From positions 5,176 to 69,175 of the forward strand of contig JBBIPG010000002.1 of NCBI GenBank assembly GCA_037442925.1: a stretch of 64,000 nucleotides of DNA, in the 5' to 3' direction. The notes beneath the pieces were generated by a model. The model was not told the origin of the DNA. It was given only the letters and a program-made list of their open reading frames with translations, and did no database searches. This DNA comes from Candidatus Fraserbacteria bacterium. Lineage in GTDB: Bacteria > Bipolaricaulota > Bipolaricaulia > RBG-16-55-9. A program made the position numbers and the translations under genes. Shown here in pieces: positions 19,019 through 27,627 of this stretch (within the stretch, counting starts at the first letter, position 1; each line of letters starts with the position of its first letter).

Positions 19019-20025
19019 TCCACCTCAAAGAACTGGCGCGGCGCGAGGAGAAGACGCAGAAGTTCTTCGGAGGACATGGCCTATGCGCGGGCTGCGGAGC
19101 CCCCATCGTGGTGCGCACCGTGCTCAACGCGATTGACAGGCCCATGGTCGTCATTAACGCTACAGGGTGTCTTGAGGTCGCCACGACGCGCTTCCCCTAC
19201 ACGGCATGGAGTGTCCCATGGATTCACGTGGCTTTCGAGAATGCTGCCGCCGTGGCCAGTGGAATTGAAACGGCTTATCGCGTCTTGCGGCGCAAGGGCA
19301 AGATCTCCCAGGACATGGTGTTTGTGGTCTTTGCTGGCGATGGGGGCACGTATGATATCGGGTTTCAGGCCCTCTCCGGAGCCCTGGAGCGCGGCCATCG
19401 CCTTATCTACATCTGTTACGACAACGAAGCGTACATGAATACGGGTAATCAGCGATCCGGAGCTACACCACGGGGCGCATATACTGCCACCACGCCGATT
19501 GGCAGTCGAGGCTCCGGCAAACCCCAGCGCCGCAAGGACTTGACCGAGATTGTCGTGGCCCACCACATCCCCTATGCTGCCCAGGCATCCATCTCCGACT
19601 GGCAAGATATCGTGATGAAGATCGAGCGAGCCGTGGCCGCGGACGGTCCAAGTTTCCTCAACGTCTTGTCCACGTGCACACGTGGTTGGGGGTTCCCAGC
19701 GGAGAAAGCCGTGAAGATGGCGCATCTTGCGGTCCAGAGCTGTTACTGGCCGCTCTATGAGGTCATTGACGGCGCGTGGCGCCTGAGCTACGAGCCGGAG
19801 CCGCGTACGGCCGAGGAGCGTGCCAAGTGGGGGCGCTACGGGCTCGACATCACGGAATGGCTCAAGCTCCAGGGGCGCTTCGCCCATCTCTTCCAGAAGA
19901 AGCAGGAAGGGATCTTCGTAAGGCCAGAGCACAGGGAACTGATAGCCGAGATTCAGCGTCAGGTCGAGCGCGACTGGGAGAAGCTCCTCGCCAAGTGTGG
20001 CCGCGCCATACCGGTGCTCGCCTGA
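19015..20025 (+). CDS. porB: OFOR beta subunit (TPP-binding)
   Basis: GHGLCAGCGAP and GDGGTYDIGFQALSGALERGH TPP motif. Confidence 0.88.
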   Translation: MIHLKELARREEKTQKFFGGHGLCAGCGAPIVVRTVLNAIDRPMVVINATGCLEVATTRFPYTAWSVPWIHVAFENAAAVASGIETAYRVLRRKGKISQDMVFVVFAGDGGTYDIGFQALSGALERGHRLIYICYDNEAYMNTGNQRSGATPRGAYTATTPIGSRGSGKPQRRKDLTEIVVAHHIPYAAQASISDWQDIVMKIERAVAADGPSFLNVLSTCTRGWGFPAEKAVKMAHLAVQSCYWPLYEVIDGAWRLSYEPEPRTAEERAKWGRYGLDITEWLKLQGRFAHLFQKKQEGIFVRPEHRELIAEIQRQVERDWEKLLAKCGRAIPVLA

Positions 20026-20038
20026 GGGAGAGACGCCT

Positions 20039-20293
20039 ATGGAACGCTTTCATCAAGGGGAGTTTCAGCTGATTCTAGAGCCAACCTTCTGCAAGGGCTG
20101 CAGTCTCTGCGTGAAGAGTTGCCCGACGGGCATTCTCTATTTGAACGGGCAAGGGAAGATCGCAACGCGCTCGGAGGACGTTGCGGAGAAGTGCATCTTT
20201 TGTGGATTATGCGAGGCGCGGTGTCCCGATTTCGCCATCTGGGTCGTGAAACCTGCTCGGGTTGTGCGCAAACAGAAGGCAGGGGTTATCTGA
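20039..20293 (+). CDS. 2x[4Fe-4S] ferredoxin, delta subunit of second OFOR (KorD-like)
   Basis: CKGCSLCVKSCP and CIFCGLCEARCP. ATG at 20039 inside ORF-track 19997 frame. Confidence 0.75.
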   Translation: MERFHQGEFQLILEPTFCKGCSLCVKSCPTGILYLNGQGKIATRSEDVAEKCIFCGLCEARCPDFAIWVVKPARVVRKQKAGVI

Positions 20294-20308
20294 GGCAGTG
20301 AAGGGAAT

Positions 20309-21496
20309 ATGAAGATGGCCGATAGCGGAGCCAACAATAAGAAGAAGCCACGGCTCATCCAAGGCAACGAAGCGTGCGCCTACGGTGCGCTCTACGCGGG
20401 CTGTCGCTTCTATGCGGGTTATCCGATCACGCCCAGCTCCGAGATCATGGAGATCATGTCGAGAGAGCTGCCTAAGATCGGCGGAGTCTTCATCCAGATG
20501 GAAGATGAGATCGCATCGATATCGGCCGTGATTGGAGCTGCTTGGGCGGGAGCTAAGGCGATGGCGGCCACCAGCGGCCCGGGTTTTTCACTCATGCAAG
20601 AAGGCATAGGCTACGCGGCGATCACCGAGACCCCGTGCGTGATTGTGGACTCGCAACGCTGGGGGCCATCGACAGGCCAACCCACAAAAACGGCCCAAGG
20701 CGATGTGATGCAGGCCATCTGGGGCACCCACGGCGATCACCCCGTGATTGTGCTCACGGCCTCGCATGTGCGAGAGGTCTTCGAAATGACCGTTACGGCG
20801 TTCAACTACGCTGAGCAATACCGGGTTCCCGTGATCTTACTGTTGGATGAAGTCCTGTCCCACATGCGGGAGAACGTGTTCATCCCCGAGCCAGGGGAGA
20901 TCGAGATCATCGAGCGGAAACGACCGCCTTCCCTGAGCGACTTCCGGCCGTTCAAAGACCTCAGTTTCTTGCCGTTTGGAGATGGTGCCCGCTTCAACGT
21001 GACGGGAATGGCCCACGATGAGTGGGGTTTCCCTGCACAAGGACCAGAGGCGGAACGCCAGCTACGCCGCATCATCGACAAGATTCACGTCGATGTCGAA
21101 TCCCTCGCGCTCTTTGAAGAACTGCATCTTGATGATGCTGACAGCGTGATCGCAAGCTATGGCATCACAAGTCGCGCGGCCGAGAGCGCCGTCGAGCAGT
21201 TGCGTGCTGAGGGCCTACGAATCGGGTTCTTGAATTTGAAGACGCTTTGGCCATTCCCAGATTTCCTCTTCGAGCGGCTTCCAGCACACATCGAATATAT
21301 TCTAGTCCCGGAGTTGAACCTGGGCCAGCTGGTGCGTGAGGTGCGGCGGGCCGTGCAGGGACAGCGCGGGCAATCTCTTAGAGTCGAACACCTGGGGCGG
21401 GTGGACGGCAGCTTGATCACACCGCAACAGATCATCGAAACCGTTCACGCCTTCCCCGGCTCTAGGGTTTCAACGGGAGGAGCCCCACGATGCTGA
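20309..21496 (+). CDS. Second OFOR alpha subunit (KorA/VorA-like)
   Basis: GNEACAYGALYAGCRFYAGYPITPSSEIME, 395 aa. Confidence 0.85.
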   Translation: MKMADSGANNKKKPRLIQGNEACAYGALYAGCRFYAGYPITPSSEIMEIMSRELPKIGGVFIQMEDEIASISAVIGAAWAGAKAMAATSGPGFSLMQEGIGYAAITETPCVIVDSQRWGPSTGQPTKTAQGDVMQAIWGTHGDHPVIVLTASHVREVFEMTVTAFNYAEQYRVPVILLLDEVLSHMRENVFIPEPGEIEIIERKRPPSLSDFRPFKDLSFLPFGDGARFNVTGMAHDEWGFPAQGPEAERQLRRIIDKIHVDVESLALFEELHLDDADSVIASYGITSRAAESAVEQLRAEGLRIGFLNLKTLWPFPDFLFERLPAHIEYILVPELNLGQLVREVRRAVQGQRGQSLRVEHLGRVDGSLITPQQIIETVHAFPGSRVSTGGAPRC

Positions 21497-22329
21497 AAGA
21501 ACCATATAGAGAGTACCTACGCTCCGATGAGTTGCCAAGCGTCTGGTGTCCGGGCTGCGGCAACGGAGTCATCGTCAAAGCTCTCGTCAACGCTATAGAC
21601 AGTCTGAAGCTGAAGAAAGACGATGTGGTGGTCGTGGGAGGCATCGGGTGTTCGGGACGTACACCGTTCATTTTGGATTTCAATACCATGCATACGACTC
21701 ATGGTCGTGCGCTGGCTTTCGCTACAGGGATCAAGCTCACACGACCGGAACTTAAGGTGATCGTCGCGATGGGCGATGGCGATGCCTCGGCCATCGGCGG
21801 CAATCACTTCATCCACGCCTGTCGCCGCAACATTGATCTCACAGCCCTCATCTTTAACAACGCCATCTATGGCCAGACGGGAGGGCAACTGGCCCCCACC
21901 ACACCCCAAGGCAAACGAAGCGCAACCTCACAATGGGGGAGCATCGAGCCGAACTTTGATCTATGTCAGCTGGCGCTGGGTGCCGGAGCCGGTTTTGTGG
22001 CACGCACGACGGTCTTCGACTTTCAAGAACTGAAGGGATTTCTCGAAAGGGCTCTCTGGCACAAGGGGTTTTCGGTGGTGGAGATCATGACTTCGTGTCC
22101 AACCTACTTTGGCCGGATGAACGACATCCGCGAACCCTACGAGATGCTGCACTATCTCAAAGACTTGACGATTCCCCAAGATGCGGCCGCCATGGAAGAG
22201 GAACGAGAACGGATGAGAAGGCTTCCGACGGGGGTTTTCAAGGACGAAGAACGAACGGAGTACACGCAGCTCTATCGAGAACTCTGTGAGACGGCCAAGG
22301 CGGCCACAGACGGTTCCCGTGGAGAATGA
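21490..22329 (+). CDS. Second OFOR beta subunit (TPP-binding, KorB-like)
   Basis: WCPGCGNG and GDGDASAIGGNHFIHACRRN. Confidence 0.85.
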   Translation: MLKEPYREYLRSDELPSVWCPGCGNGVIVKALVNAIDSLKLKKDDVVVVGGIGCSGRTPFILDFNTMHTTHGRALAFATGIKLTRPELKVIVAMGDGDASAIGGNHFIHACRRNIDLTALIFNNAIYGQTGGQLAPTTPQGKRSATSQWGSIEPNFDLCQLALGAGAGFVARTTVFDFQELKGFLERALWHKGFSVVEIMTSCPTYFGRMNDIREPYEMLHYLKDLTIPQDAAAMEEERERMRRLPTGVFKDEERTEYTQLYRELCETAKAATDGSRGE

Positions 22330-22919
22330 ACAGCAAGAGAAGCCGTAGAGGCAGAAAGAGCAAAGATCCTGTGCAGATTCGTCTGAGCGGCTCAGGCGGC
22401 CAAGGCTTGATCACAGCCGGTGTCATCTTGGCGGAAGCCGCGTTACTCGATGGCAAGAACGTCGTGCAGACGCAAAGCTATGGCCCTGAGGCGCGGCTGG
22501 GCGCGAGCAAATCCGAAGTGATCATCTCCAAAGGGAAGATTGCCTATCCCCAAGTCATGAATCCAGACATCCTTCTTTGCTTATCGCAAGACTCCTTCGA
22601 CAAGTACATCTCGCAGACCAACGCGGAGGCCATGATCATTGTGGATTCTGACTTTGTGGAGCATGGGTCATCCACGAACAAGCGGATCTATGCACTTCCG
22701 ATCACCAAGACAGCTACCGCCGTCGGCAGCAAGGTGGTGGCGAACGTTGTCGCCTTGGGAGTGATGAATGCTCTGGCAGGCTTGGTTGCTTCCACGAGTT
22801 TGCACGAAGCGGTAGTCAAGCGCGTGCCAGAGCGATTCCGTGCACTCAATGAGCGAGCGGTAGAAGCCGGTGAGAAGCTCATCGAAGAATCTCCGGATTC
22901 CGAAAGGAGGGCCATATGA
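22326..22919 (+). CDS. Second OFOR gamma subunit (KorC/G-like)
   Basis: IRLSGSGGQGLITAGVILAEAA. Confidence 0.82.
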   Translation: MNSKRSRRGRKSKDPVQIRLSGSGGQGLITAGVILAEAALLDGKNVVQTQSYGPEARLGASKSEVIISKGKIAYPQVMNPDILLCLSQDSFDKYISQTNAEAMIIVDSDFVEHGSSTNKRIYALPITKTATAVGSKVVANVVALGVMNALAGLVASTSLHEAVVKRVPERFRALNERAVEAGEKLIEESPDSERRAI

Positions 22920-23224
22920 AACGCCGTTGGGATGATGAAGAGGAAGCATTGGGACAGACGGCAGGTCTACTCGCGGAATGTGGCGAGAAGGGAAAGAACT
23001 GTTGGGCACTCTACGTCGTGATGGATGAAGTGATCGAGACGGTAGGACCTTCGTGGCTCGCTCATTTCATCGCCACTACCAAGAACAAAGTGGCTGCCGT
23101 TGAACTGCAGAGCTACTTGCAAGCTCACTGGCCCGCTTACGCAGAACTGGTTGAACAGCTCCTCGCTGGCACCAACTGGACGAGAGAGACCGACGGCCTC
23201 GAAAAAGACTTCGGCGACGACTGA
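22916..23224 (+). CDS. Small acidic hypothetical protein (102 aa), translationally coupled to OFOR gamma (ATGA overlap)
   Basis: ORF with 4-nt start/stop overlap to the upstream gene. No recognisable motif. Confidence 0.4.
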   Translation: MKRRWDDEEEALGQTAGLLAECGEKGKNCWALYVVMDEVIETVGPSWLAHFIATTKNKVAAVELQSYLQAHWPAYAELVEQLLAGTNWTRETDGLEKDFGDD

Positions 23225-23225
23225 G

Positions 23226-24167
23226 GTGTTGTCAACGCAAGTGAAGAGTGCCTCGTACCCAAGTTACCTGGCGCTCCATGAACGCGGTATACTGCACGAG
23301 CGGGTCGAAGAAGTCCGCAAGCGCCTAGAAGCCTGTACGCTTTGTCCACGCGTCTGCCGAGCGAATCGCGTAGAGGGTGAGATCGGTCAGTGCAATGGGA
23401 GTCGTTATGCGCTCGTGAGTTCGTTCGGCCCACACTTCGGCGAAGAGCGCGTTCTACGGGGGACACGGGGCTCAGGCACAGTTTTCTTTGCTGGCTGCAA
23501 TGTACGGTGCGTTTACTGCCAAAACTACCAGATCAGTCAATTGCTCGATGGCTCTCGCGTCACAGCAGAGCAGTTGGCAGAGATCTTCTTACGAGTGCAA
23601 CAAATGGGATGCCATAATTTGAATCTTGTCACCCCCAGCCACGTTGTAGCTCAAATTCTCGAAGCGCTTGAGATCGCCATCCCGCAGGGCTTTCGGCTGC
23701 CTCTTGTGTACAACACGAGCGCGTATGATTCCGTTCAATCTCTAAAGCTTCTGGATGGCGTTGTGGATATCTACATGCCCGATTTGAAATACAGCGACTC
23801 TCAGATCGCTCACAAATACTCCGGCATCGCTCACTACTGGGACGTCGCGCGGGTGGCATTCATAGAGATGCACCGTCAAGTGGGTGATTTGGCTGTTGAA
23901 GATGGCTTGGCCAAGCGCGGACTGCTCATTCGGCATCTGGTCTTACCCTCCGGCCTAGCGGGCTCTCAAGCAGTCTTGAGCTTCATCGCTGAAACACTCT
24001 CGCGCGATTCATGGGTCAACATCATGGCGCAATATCATCCAGCTTACAAAGCCTTCGAGTATCCCGAGCTGTCGCGTAGAATCACACCCAAAGAATATGG
24101 GGAAGTCGTCGAATACGCGCACTCGCTGGGGTTGCATCGCGGAATCCCACTGGAATATGCAGACTAG
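23226..24167 (+). CDS. Radical SAM enzyme, PflX/pyruvate-formate-lyase-activating-enzyme-like
   Basis: CNVRCVYCQNYQIS CxxxCxxC motif. Conserved N-terminal CTLCPRVC...GQCNG. Probable GTG start at 23226 (ORF-track start 23100 overlaps the upstream gene). Confidence 0.7.
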   Translation: MLSTQVKSASYPSYLALHERGILHERVEEVRKRLEACTLCPRVCRANRVEGEIGQCNGSRYALVSSFGPHFGEERVLRGTRGSGTVFFAGCNVRCVYCQNYQISQLLDGSRVTAEQLAEIFLRVQQMGCHNLNLVTPSHVVAQILEALEIAIPQGFRLPLVYNTSAYDSVQSLKLLDGVVDIYMPDLKYSDSQIAHKYSGIAHYWDVARVAFIEMHRQVGDLAVEDGLAKRGLLIRHLVLPSGLAGSQAVLSFIAETLSRDSWVNIMAQYHPAYKAFEYPELSRRITPKEYGEVVEYAHSLGLHRGIPLEYAD

Positions 24168-24182
24168 CCGCTCTGCCTGACA

Positions 24183-24207
24183 AAGACCGCTTAGAGCAAG
24201 AGGTCTT
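24183..24207. terminator. Hairpin aagacc-N13-ggtctt after the radical SAM gene (weak, no U-tract)
   Basis: Inverted repeat in sequence. Confidence 0.25.
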
Positions 24208-24216
24208 AGCCACAAG

Positions 24217-24246
24217 TTGTCAATTGCAGACGAGCCCGACTATATT
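24217..24246 (+). promoter_or_regulatory. Sigma70-like promoter: -35 TTGTCA (24217-24222), 18-nt spacer, -10 TATATT (24241-24246) upstream of PEBP gene
   Basis: Hexamers and spacing read directly. Confidence 0.4.
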
Positions 24247-24269
24247 TATATTTGGATAGGGTGACGCGC

Positions 24270-24842
24270 ATGCCCAAGGGGCAGAGAATCTTACTCGTCT
24301 GTGTTCTGATCGGTGTGTTGCTCCTGGCCACTTGTGGAGGAAAAGAGACGGCTTCCAAGAAAGGAGATGAATCTATGGCAACTTCATTCATGCTGACAAG
24401 TCCTGCTTTTTCAGAGGGTGGACGCATTCCAGACCGCCACACTTGCGCGGCAGAAGATCTCTCGCCCCCGCTCAACTGGAGTGGAGTTCCTTCGGGGACG
24501 CAAAGTTTCGCGCTCGTCGTCGAAGATCCAGACGCCCCCAGTGGAACCTTCATTCATTGGGTGATCTACAATCTGCCACCCACGCTTACAAGCCTAAGCG
24601 AAGGATTGCCGCAAAGCGAGCAGTTGACAAACGGAGCCGCTCAAGGGATCAGCGATTTTGGGAGCATAGGCTATCGAGGCCCCTGTCCGCCGCGGGGAAA
24701 GCCTCATCGTTACTTCTTCATCTTGAGGGCGCTGGATACCCAACTGACACCGAAGCCCAAGATGACAAGAGTTCAATTGGAGAAGGAGATACAAGGCCAT
24801 GTACTGGCAGAAGCCCGTCTGATGGGAACGTACAGTCGCTGA
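24270..24842 (+). CDS. YbhB/YbcL (PEBP / Raf-kinase-inhibitor-like) family lipoprotein
   Basis: Lipobox LLATCGG. PEBP motifs FIHWVIYNLP and YRGPCPPRGKPHRYFF. ATG 24270 preferred over ORF-track TTG 24252. Confidence 0.78.
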   Translation: MPKGQRILLVCVLIGVLLLATCGGKETASKKGDESMATSFMLTSPAFSEGGRIPDRHTCAAEDLSPPLNWSGVPSGTQSFALVVEDPDAPSGTFIHWVIYNLPPTLTSLSEGLPQSEQLTNGAAQGISDFGSIGYRGPCPPRGKPHRYFFILRALDTQLTPKPKMTRVQLEKEIQGHVLAEARLMGTYSR

Positions 24843-24847
24843 TTGTT

Positions 24848-25546
24848 ATGACGATCCGAGCGGTTCTACTCGATGTGGGTAACGTGCTCGTGGACGAGAC
24901 AGAACTCTATGAGATGTATCAGAACCAACTCTTGGAGCTCCTGCAAGATGATGGTATTGACGTGTCCCAAGACGAGATGAAAGAATATTTGCAGCAATTC
25001 TGGCAACGTGGCTTGTCCAACTACCGTGCAGCAATCCTCTGGCACTTCGTGAAGCCAGATATCGAGAAGTTTCGGCGATTGCGGAAGGATCTCAAACCTC
25101 TGCTGGCGTTCTATGAAGCTTGGAAGCCAAAGCTGATCTCTGGTGCCAAGGAAGCCGTCGCCTCGTTGAGTCAGAAGTACCAACTCGCACTGGCGGGAAA
25201 CCAACCGACCCAGATCAAGAGATTTCTACAATCTCAAGACATCTTGCAATACTTTGAGTATCATCTTGTTTCCGAGGAAATGGGGCTGGCCAAGCCCGAC
25301 CCACTCTTCTTTCAGATCATCTTGGATCGGCTGGGTGTAAGTCCCCAAGAAGCCGTGATGGTGGGGGATCGAGTGGACAATGATATCGCGCCAGCAAAAC
25401 GACTGGGGCTGAAGACGATTCGCTTTTTGTTCTGGCCCTTTTCGCTCCAGAACGTGCACACGCCTCTAGAGATGCCGGACTGGACAATTGAGAATCTTGG
25501 AGAACTTCCTGAGACGATCACGGCCCTCAGCGTAGAGCCAGCATAG
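24848..25546 (+). CDS. HAD-superfamily hydrolase
   Basis: N-terminal LLDVGNVLVDE (motif I) and GDRVDNDI (motif IV). True start inside ORF-track 24443 frame. Confidence 0.7.
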   Translation: MTIRAVLLDVGNVLVDETELYEMYQNQLLELLQDDGIDVSQDEMKEYLQQFWQRGLSNYRAAILWHFVKPDIEKFRRLRKDLKPLLAFYEAWKPKLISGAKEAVASLSQKYQLALAGNQPTQIKRFLQSQDILQYFEYHLVSEEMGLAKPDPLFFQIILDRLGVSPQEAVMVGDRVDNDIAPAKRLGLKTIRFLFWPFSLQNVHTPLEMPDWTIENLGELPETITALSVEPA

Positions 25547-25557
25547 CTGAAAAACCA

Positions 25558-25589
25558 AGATCCCCGGAGCTTAGGAAGTCCGGGGATCT
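25558..25589. terminator. Bidirectional intrinsic terminator: perfect 10-bp stem agatccccgg/ccggggatct, 12-nt loop, flanked by A-run (5') and T-run (3')
   Basis: Seen directly between convergent genes (HAD + and repeat protein -). Confidence 0.7.
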
Positions 25590-25621
25590 TTGTGCTGCTA
25601 CGACCGTAGAGTGATAACGAC

Positions 25622-26341
25622 CTACCTCTTGACTTCGATCTTGTAGATCGTCTTGTTGGCGTCGAACTTGATCTCGACGCTTCTGCCGAGGTAGTTCGGT
25701 AGCTGATCGAATGAGATGCGACCTTCTTCCTCAACCTCGACTTCTACGTTGTTCCTAACGGAGTAGACTCTGCCATCAACTGTGATCTTCAAGCCGGATA
25801 CGTCGACAGCATCCAGCCGCCCCGTCGCTTCCCATTGGACCTCGATCTGGTAGACTGTCGTGCTGGAACTGAGCTTTAGTTCGACAATCCTGCCGATGTA
25901 GTCCGCCAGTTGGGCAAAAGAGATATGCCCTTGATCCTCGATTTTGACCTCTACGCTAGATGTGACGGAGTAGATTCGACCGTCAACGGTGATCGTCCAT
26001 CCTGCCACATCTACGGCATCGAGTCTACCGCGCGTCTCCAGTTTGACTTCGATCTCGCGGACCGTGTTGTCTGTAGTGAGTTTCAGCTCAACGATCCTGC
26101 CCACGTAGTTGGGCAACTGGCTGAATAAGATGTGCCCTTGTTCCTCCACTTCGATCTCCACGTTGGGGCTGACGGAGTAGATCTGACCGTTGACGGTCAC
26201 TTTCAGCGCTGGCACATCTACAGCATCGAGCCGCCCCTTGGCTTCGACTTCTCCATCCGAGCTGGCCCAAGCCCCTACCGCCAGTGCGGCCAGAACGATC
26301 ACCACGAACATGAGTGAGTTGAACGCCTTCATAGGGATCAC
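25622..26341 (-). CDS. Secreted protein made of three tandem 69-aa repeats (GRLDAVDV..ITVdG.iYSV...VEv..E.qG.IsF.QL..Y.GR.VElK.....tv..IEV)
   Basis: Signal peptide MIPMKAFNSLMFVVIVLAALAVGAWA. Three near-identical repeat units visible in the translation. Possibly a DUF5666-like beta-rich repeat (uncertain). Confidence 0.65.
   Translation of the reverse strand: MIPMKAFNSLMFVVIVLAALAVGAWASSDGEVEAKGRLDAVDVPALKVTVNGQIYSVSPNVEIEVEEQGHILFSQLPNYVGRIVELKLTTDNTVREIEVKLETRGRLDAVDVAGWTITVDGRIYSVTSSVEVKIEDQGHISFAQLADYIGRIVELKLSSSTTVYQIEVQWEATGRLDAVDVSGLKITVDGRVYSVRNNVEVEVEEEGRISFDQLPNYLGRSVEIKFDANKTIYKIEVKR
25625..26236 (-). repeat. 3 x ~207-bp in-frame tandem coding repeats inside gene 25622-26341
   Basis: Repeat boundaries derived from the protein periodicity (units at about 26030-26236, 25823-26029, 25625-25822). 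Confidence 0.6.
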
Positions 26342-26353
26342 CTCCTTTCTGTT

Positions 26354-26836
26354 TCACTCATCAGCTGAGCTCTGCTTTTCAATGGGCTGAGTGAGTTTGA
26401 CGCCTGCACCATGCTCATAGACGAGTTGGCCTCCGCGATAGCCTGTGACAGTGAGTAGACCCAAGCCGACGACTCCGGCGATCACATAGACTGCCAAAGC
26501 TACCCTAGACACCAGCGGTCGCTTGATCCAAGTCGTCGCCAGAAGAATTCGCAAAATCGCCACTGCCATCAGCAGATACGCCGTGAGTTGGCCAAGCTGA
26601 GCGTGGTTGTCCAAGACCGCTTCGCCAGCCTCACTCAAACCCGCTTCTACCGTCTCTTCCACGCTGAGTCCCGTGAGCATCGCTGCTAAGGCACCCAGCG
26701 CACCCAAGACCACGAGTACGAGCCCCATCTTCTTCAGCGTTTCTCGTTCGGCTAGATGCCCCATCACGTCAACCACCAAGCCCGTGATGAAGAGCGCGAT
26801 GGGGAAGTGGACTACAATCGGATGTACATTCGGCAT
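26354..26836 (-). CDS. DUF2231-family integral membrane protein
   Basis: N-terminus MPNVHPIVVHFPIALFITGL, 4 TM helices. Confidence 0.65.
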   Translation of the reverse strand: MPNVHPIVVHFPIALFITGLVVDVMGHLAERETLKKMGLVLVVLGALGALAAMLTGLSVEETVEAGLSEAGEAVLDNHAQLGQLTAYLLMAVAILRILLATTWIKRPLVSRVALAVYVIAGVVGLGLLTVTGYRGGQLVYEHGAGVKLTQPIEKQSSADE

Positions 26837-26883
26837 ATACTCATGCTCCTCTCTGGATCACAGCCCCAGCTTACGCCATTGCC

Positions 26884-26946
26884 GGTGAAGGACCCATAGC
26901 AGGGAGAGGAAAACCCTCTGAAAGGTGGGTGAAAAATCGGTGAAAA
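26884..26946. promoter_or_regulatory. Direct repeats GGTGAAAA at 26928 and 26939 (11-bp period) plus related GGTGAAGG at 26884 (44 bp = 4 x 11 upstream); candidate OmpR-family response-regulator binding site
   Basis: Seen in the 128-bp gap between the response-regulator gene and the DUF2231 gene. Confidence 0.4.
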
Positions 26947-26964
26947 CGCTGGACGTGGGTCTGG

Positions 26965-27627
26965 CTACGCTGCCAGCTTGTACCCGAAGCCGGCCACTGT
27001 CTGAATCAGTTTGGGTCTTTTAGCATTCTGTTCCACTTTACGTCGCAAGAGATAGATATAGCGCTTGACATCGGTGGAAGAAGCCAGGCTCCCTTCCGGC
27101 CAGATGCTCTTGATGATCTCTGCATCCGAGAAGACGCGGCCGGGTTGCGAAGCCAGGAGCTTCAAGAGATCGTACTCTTTAGGCGAAAGCCTCACTTCAT
27201 GCCCTCGCCGCCTGACGATCTTGCGCACATCGTCGATCTCAAGTTCCCCAACTCTAAAGAGGGCCACCGGCCCCAGGCGACGTATTACGGCCTCCAGGCG
27301 CGCCTCAACCTCGCGCAGCTTGAAGGGTTTTACAATATAATCGTCTGCCCCAGCCTGCAGGGCTTGCACGACATCGTCCGTGGCATCTCTTGCCGTGATC
27401 ATGAGCACGGGAGTTTGCCCCGATGCGCGGATGTAATGCAAGACTTCCCAGCCGTCCAGCTTGGGCATCATGATGTCCAGCAAGACTATGTCTGGCTTGA
27501 GTTCGGAGTACTGCTTGATGGCTTCCATGCCGTCGGCAGCCGTGATGATCTCATACTCTTTGGCAGCCAGAAATGTCTTCAGAATCTCGCGGGCATCGGC
27601 ATCGTCCTCGGCAATCAGAATCTTCAT
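26965..27627 (-). CDS. OmpR/PhoB-family response regulator (receiver + winged helix)
   Basis: MKILIAEDDADAREIL, DIVLLDIMMPKLDGWEV, C-terminal trans_reg_C. Confidence 0.9.
   Translation of the reverse strand: MKILIAEDDADAREILKTFLAAKEYEIITAADGMEAIKQYSELKPDIVLLDIMMPKLDGWEVLHYIRASGQTPVLMITARDATDDVVQALQAGADDYIVKPFKLREVEARLEAVIRRLGPVALFRVGELEIDDVRKIVRRRGHEVRLSPKEYDLLKLLASQPGRVFSDAEIIKSIWPEGSLASSTDVKRYIYLLRRKVEQNAKRPKLIQTVAGFGYKLAA

Noticed and set aside
19081-19932. 283-aa minus-strand ORF
   Set aside because: Antisense to the OFOR beta subunit gene (porB), which has clear TPP motifs.
24443-24847. Upstream part of ORF 24443-25546
   Set aside because: Overlaps the PEBP lipoprotein gene in another frame. 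The HAD hydrolase motif I lies right after the internal ATG at 24848.
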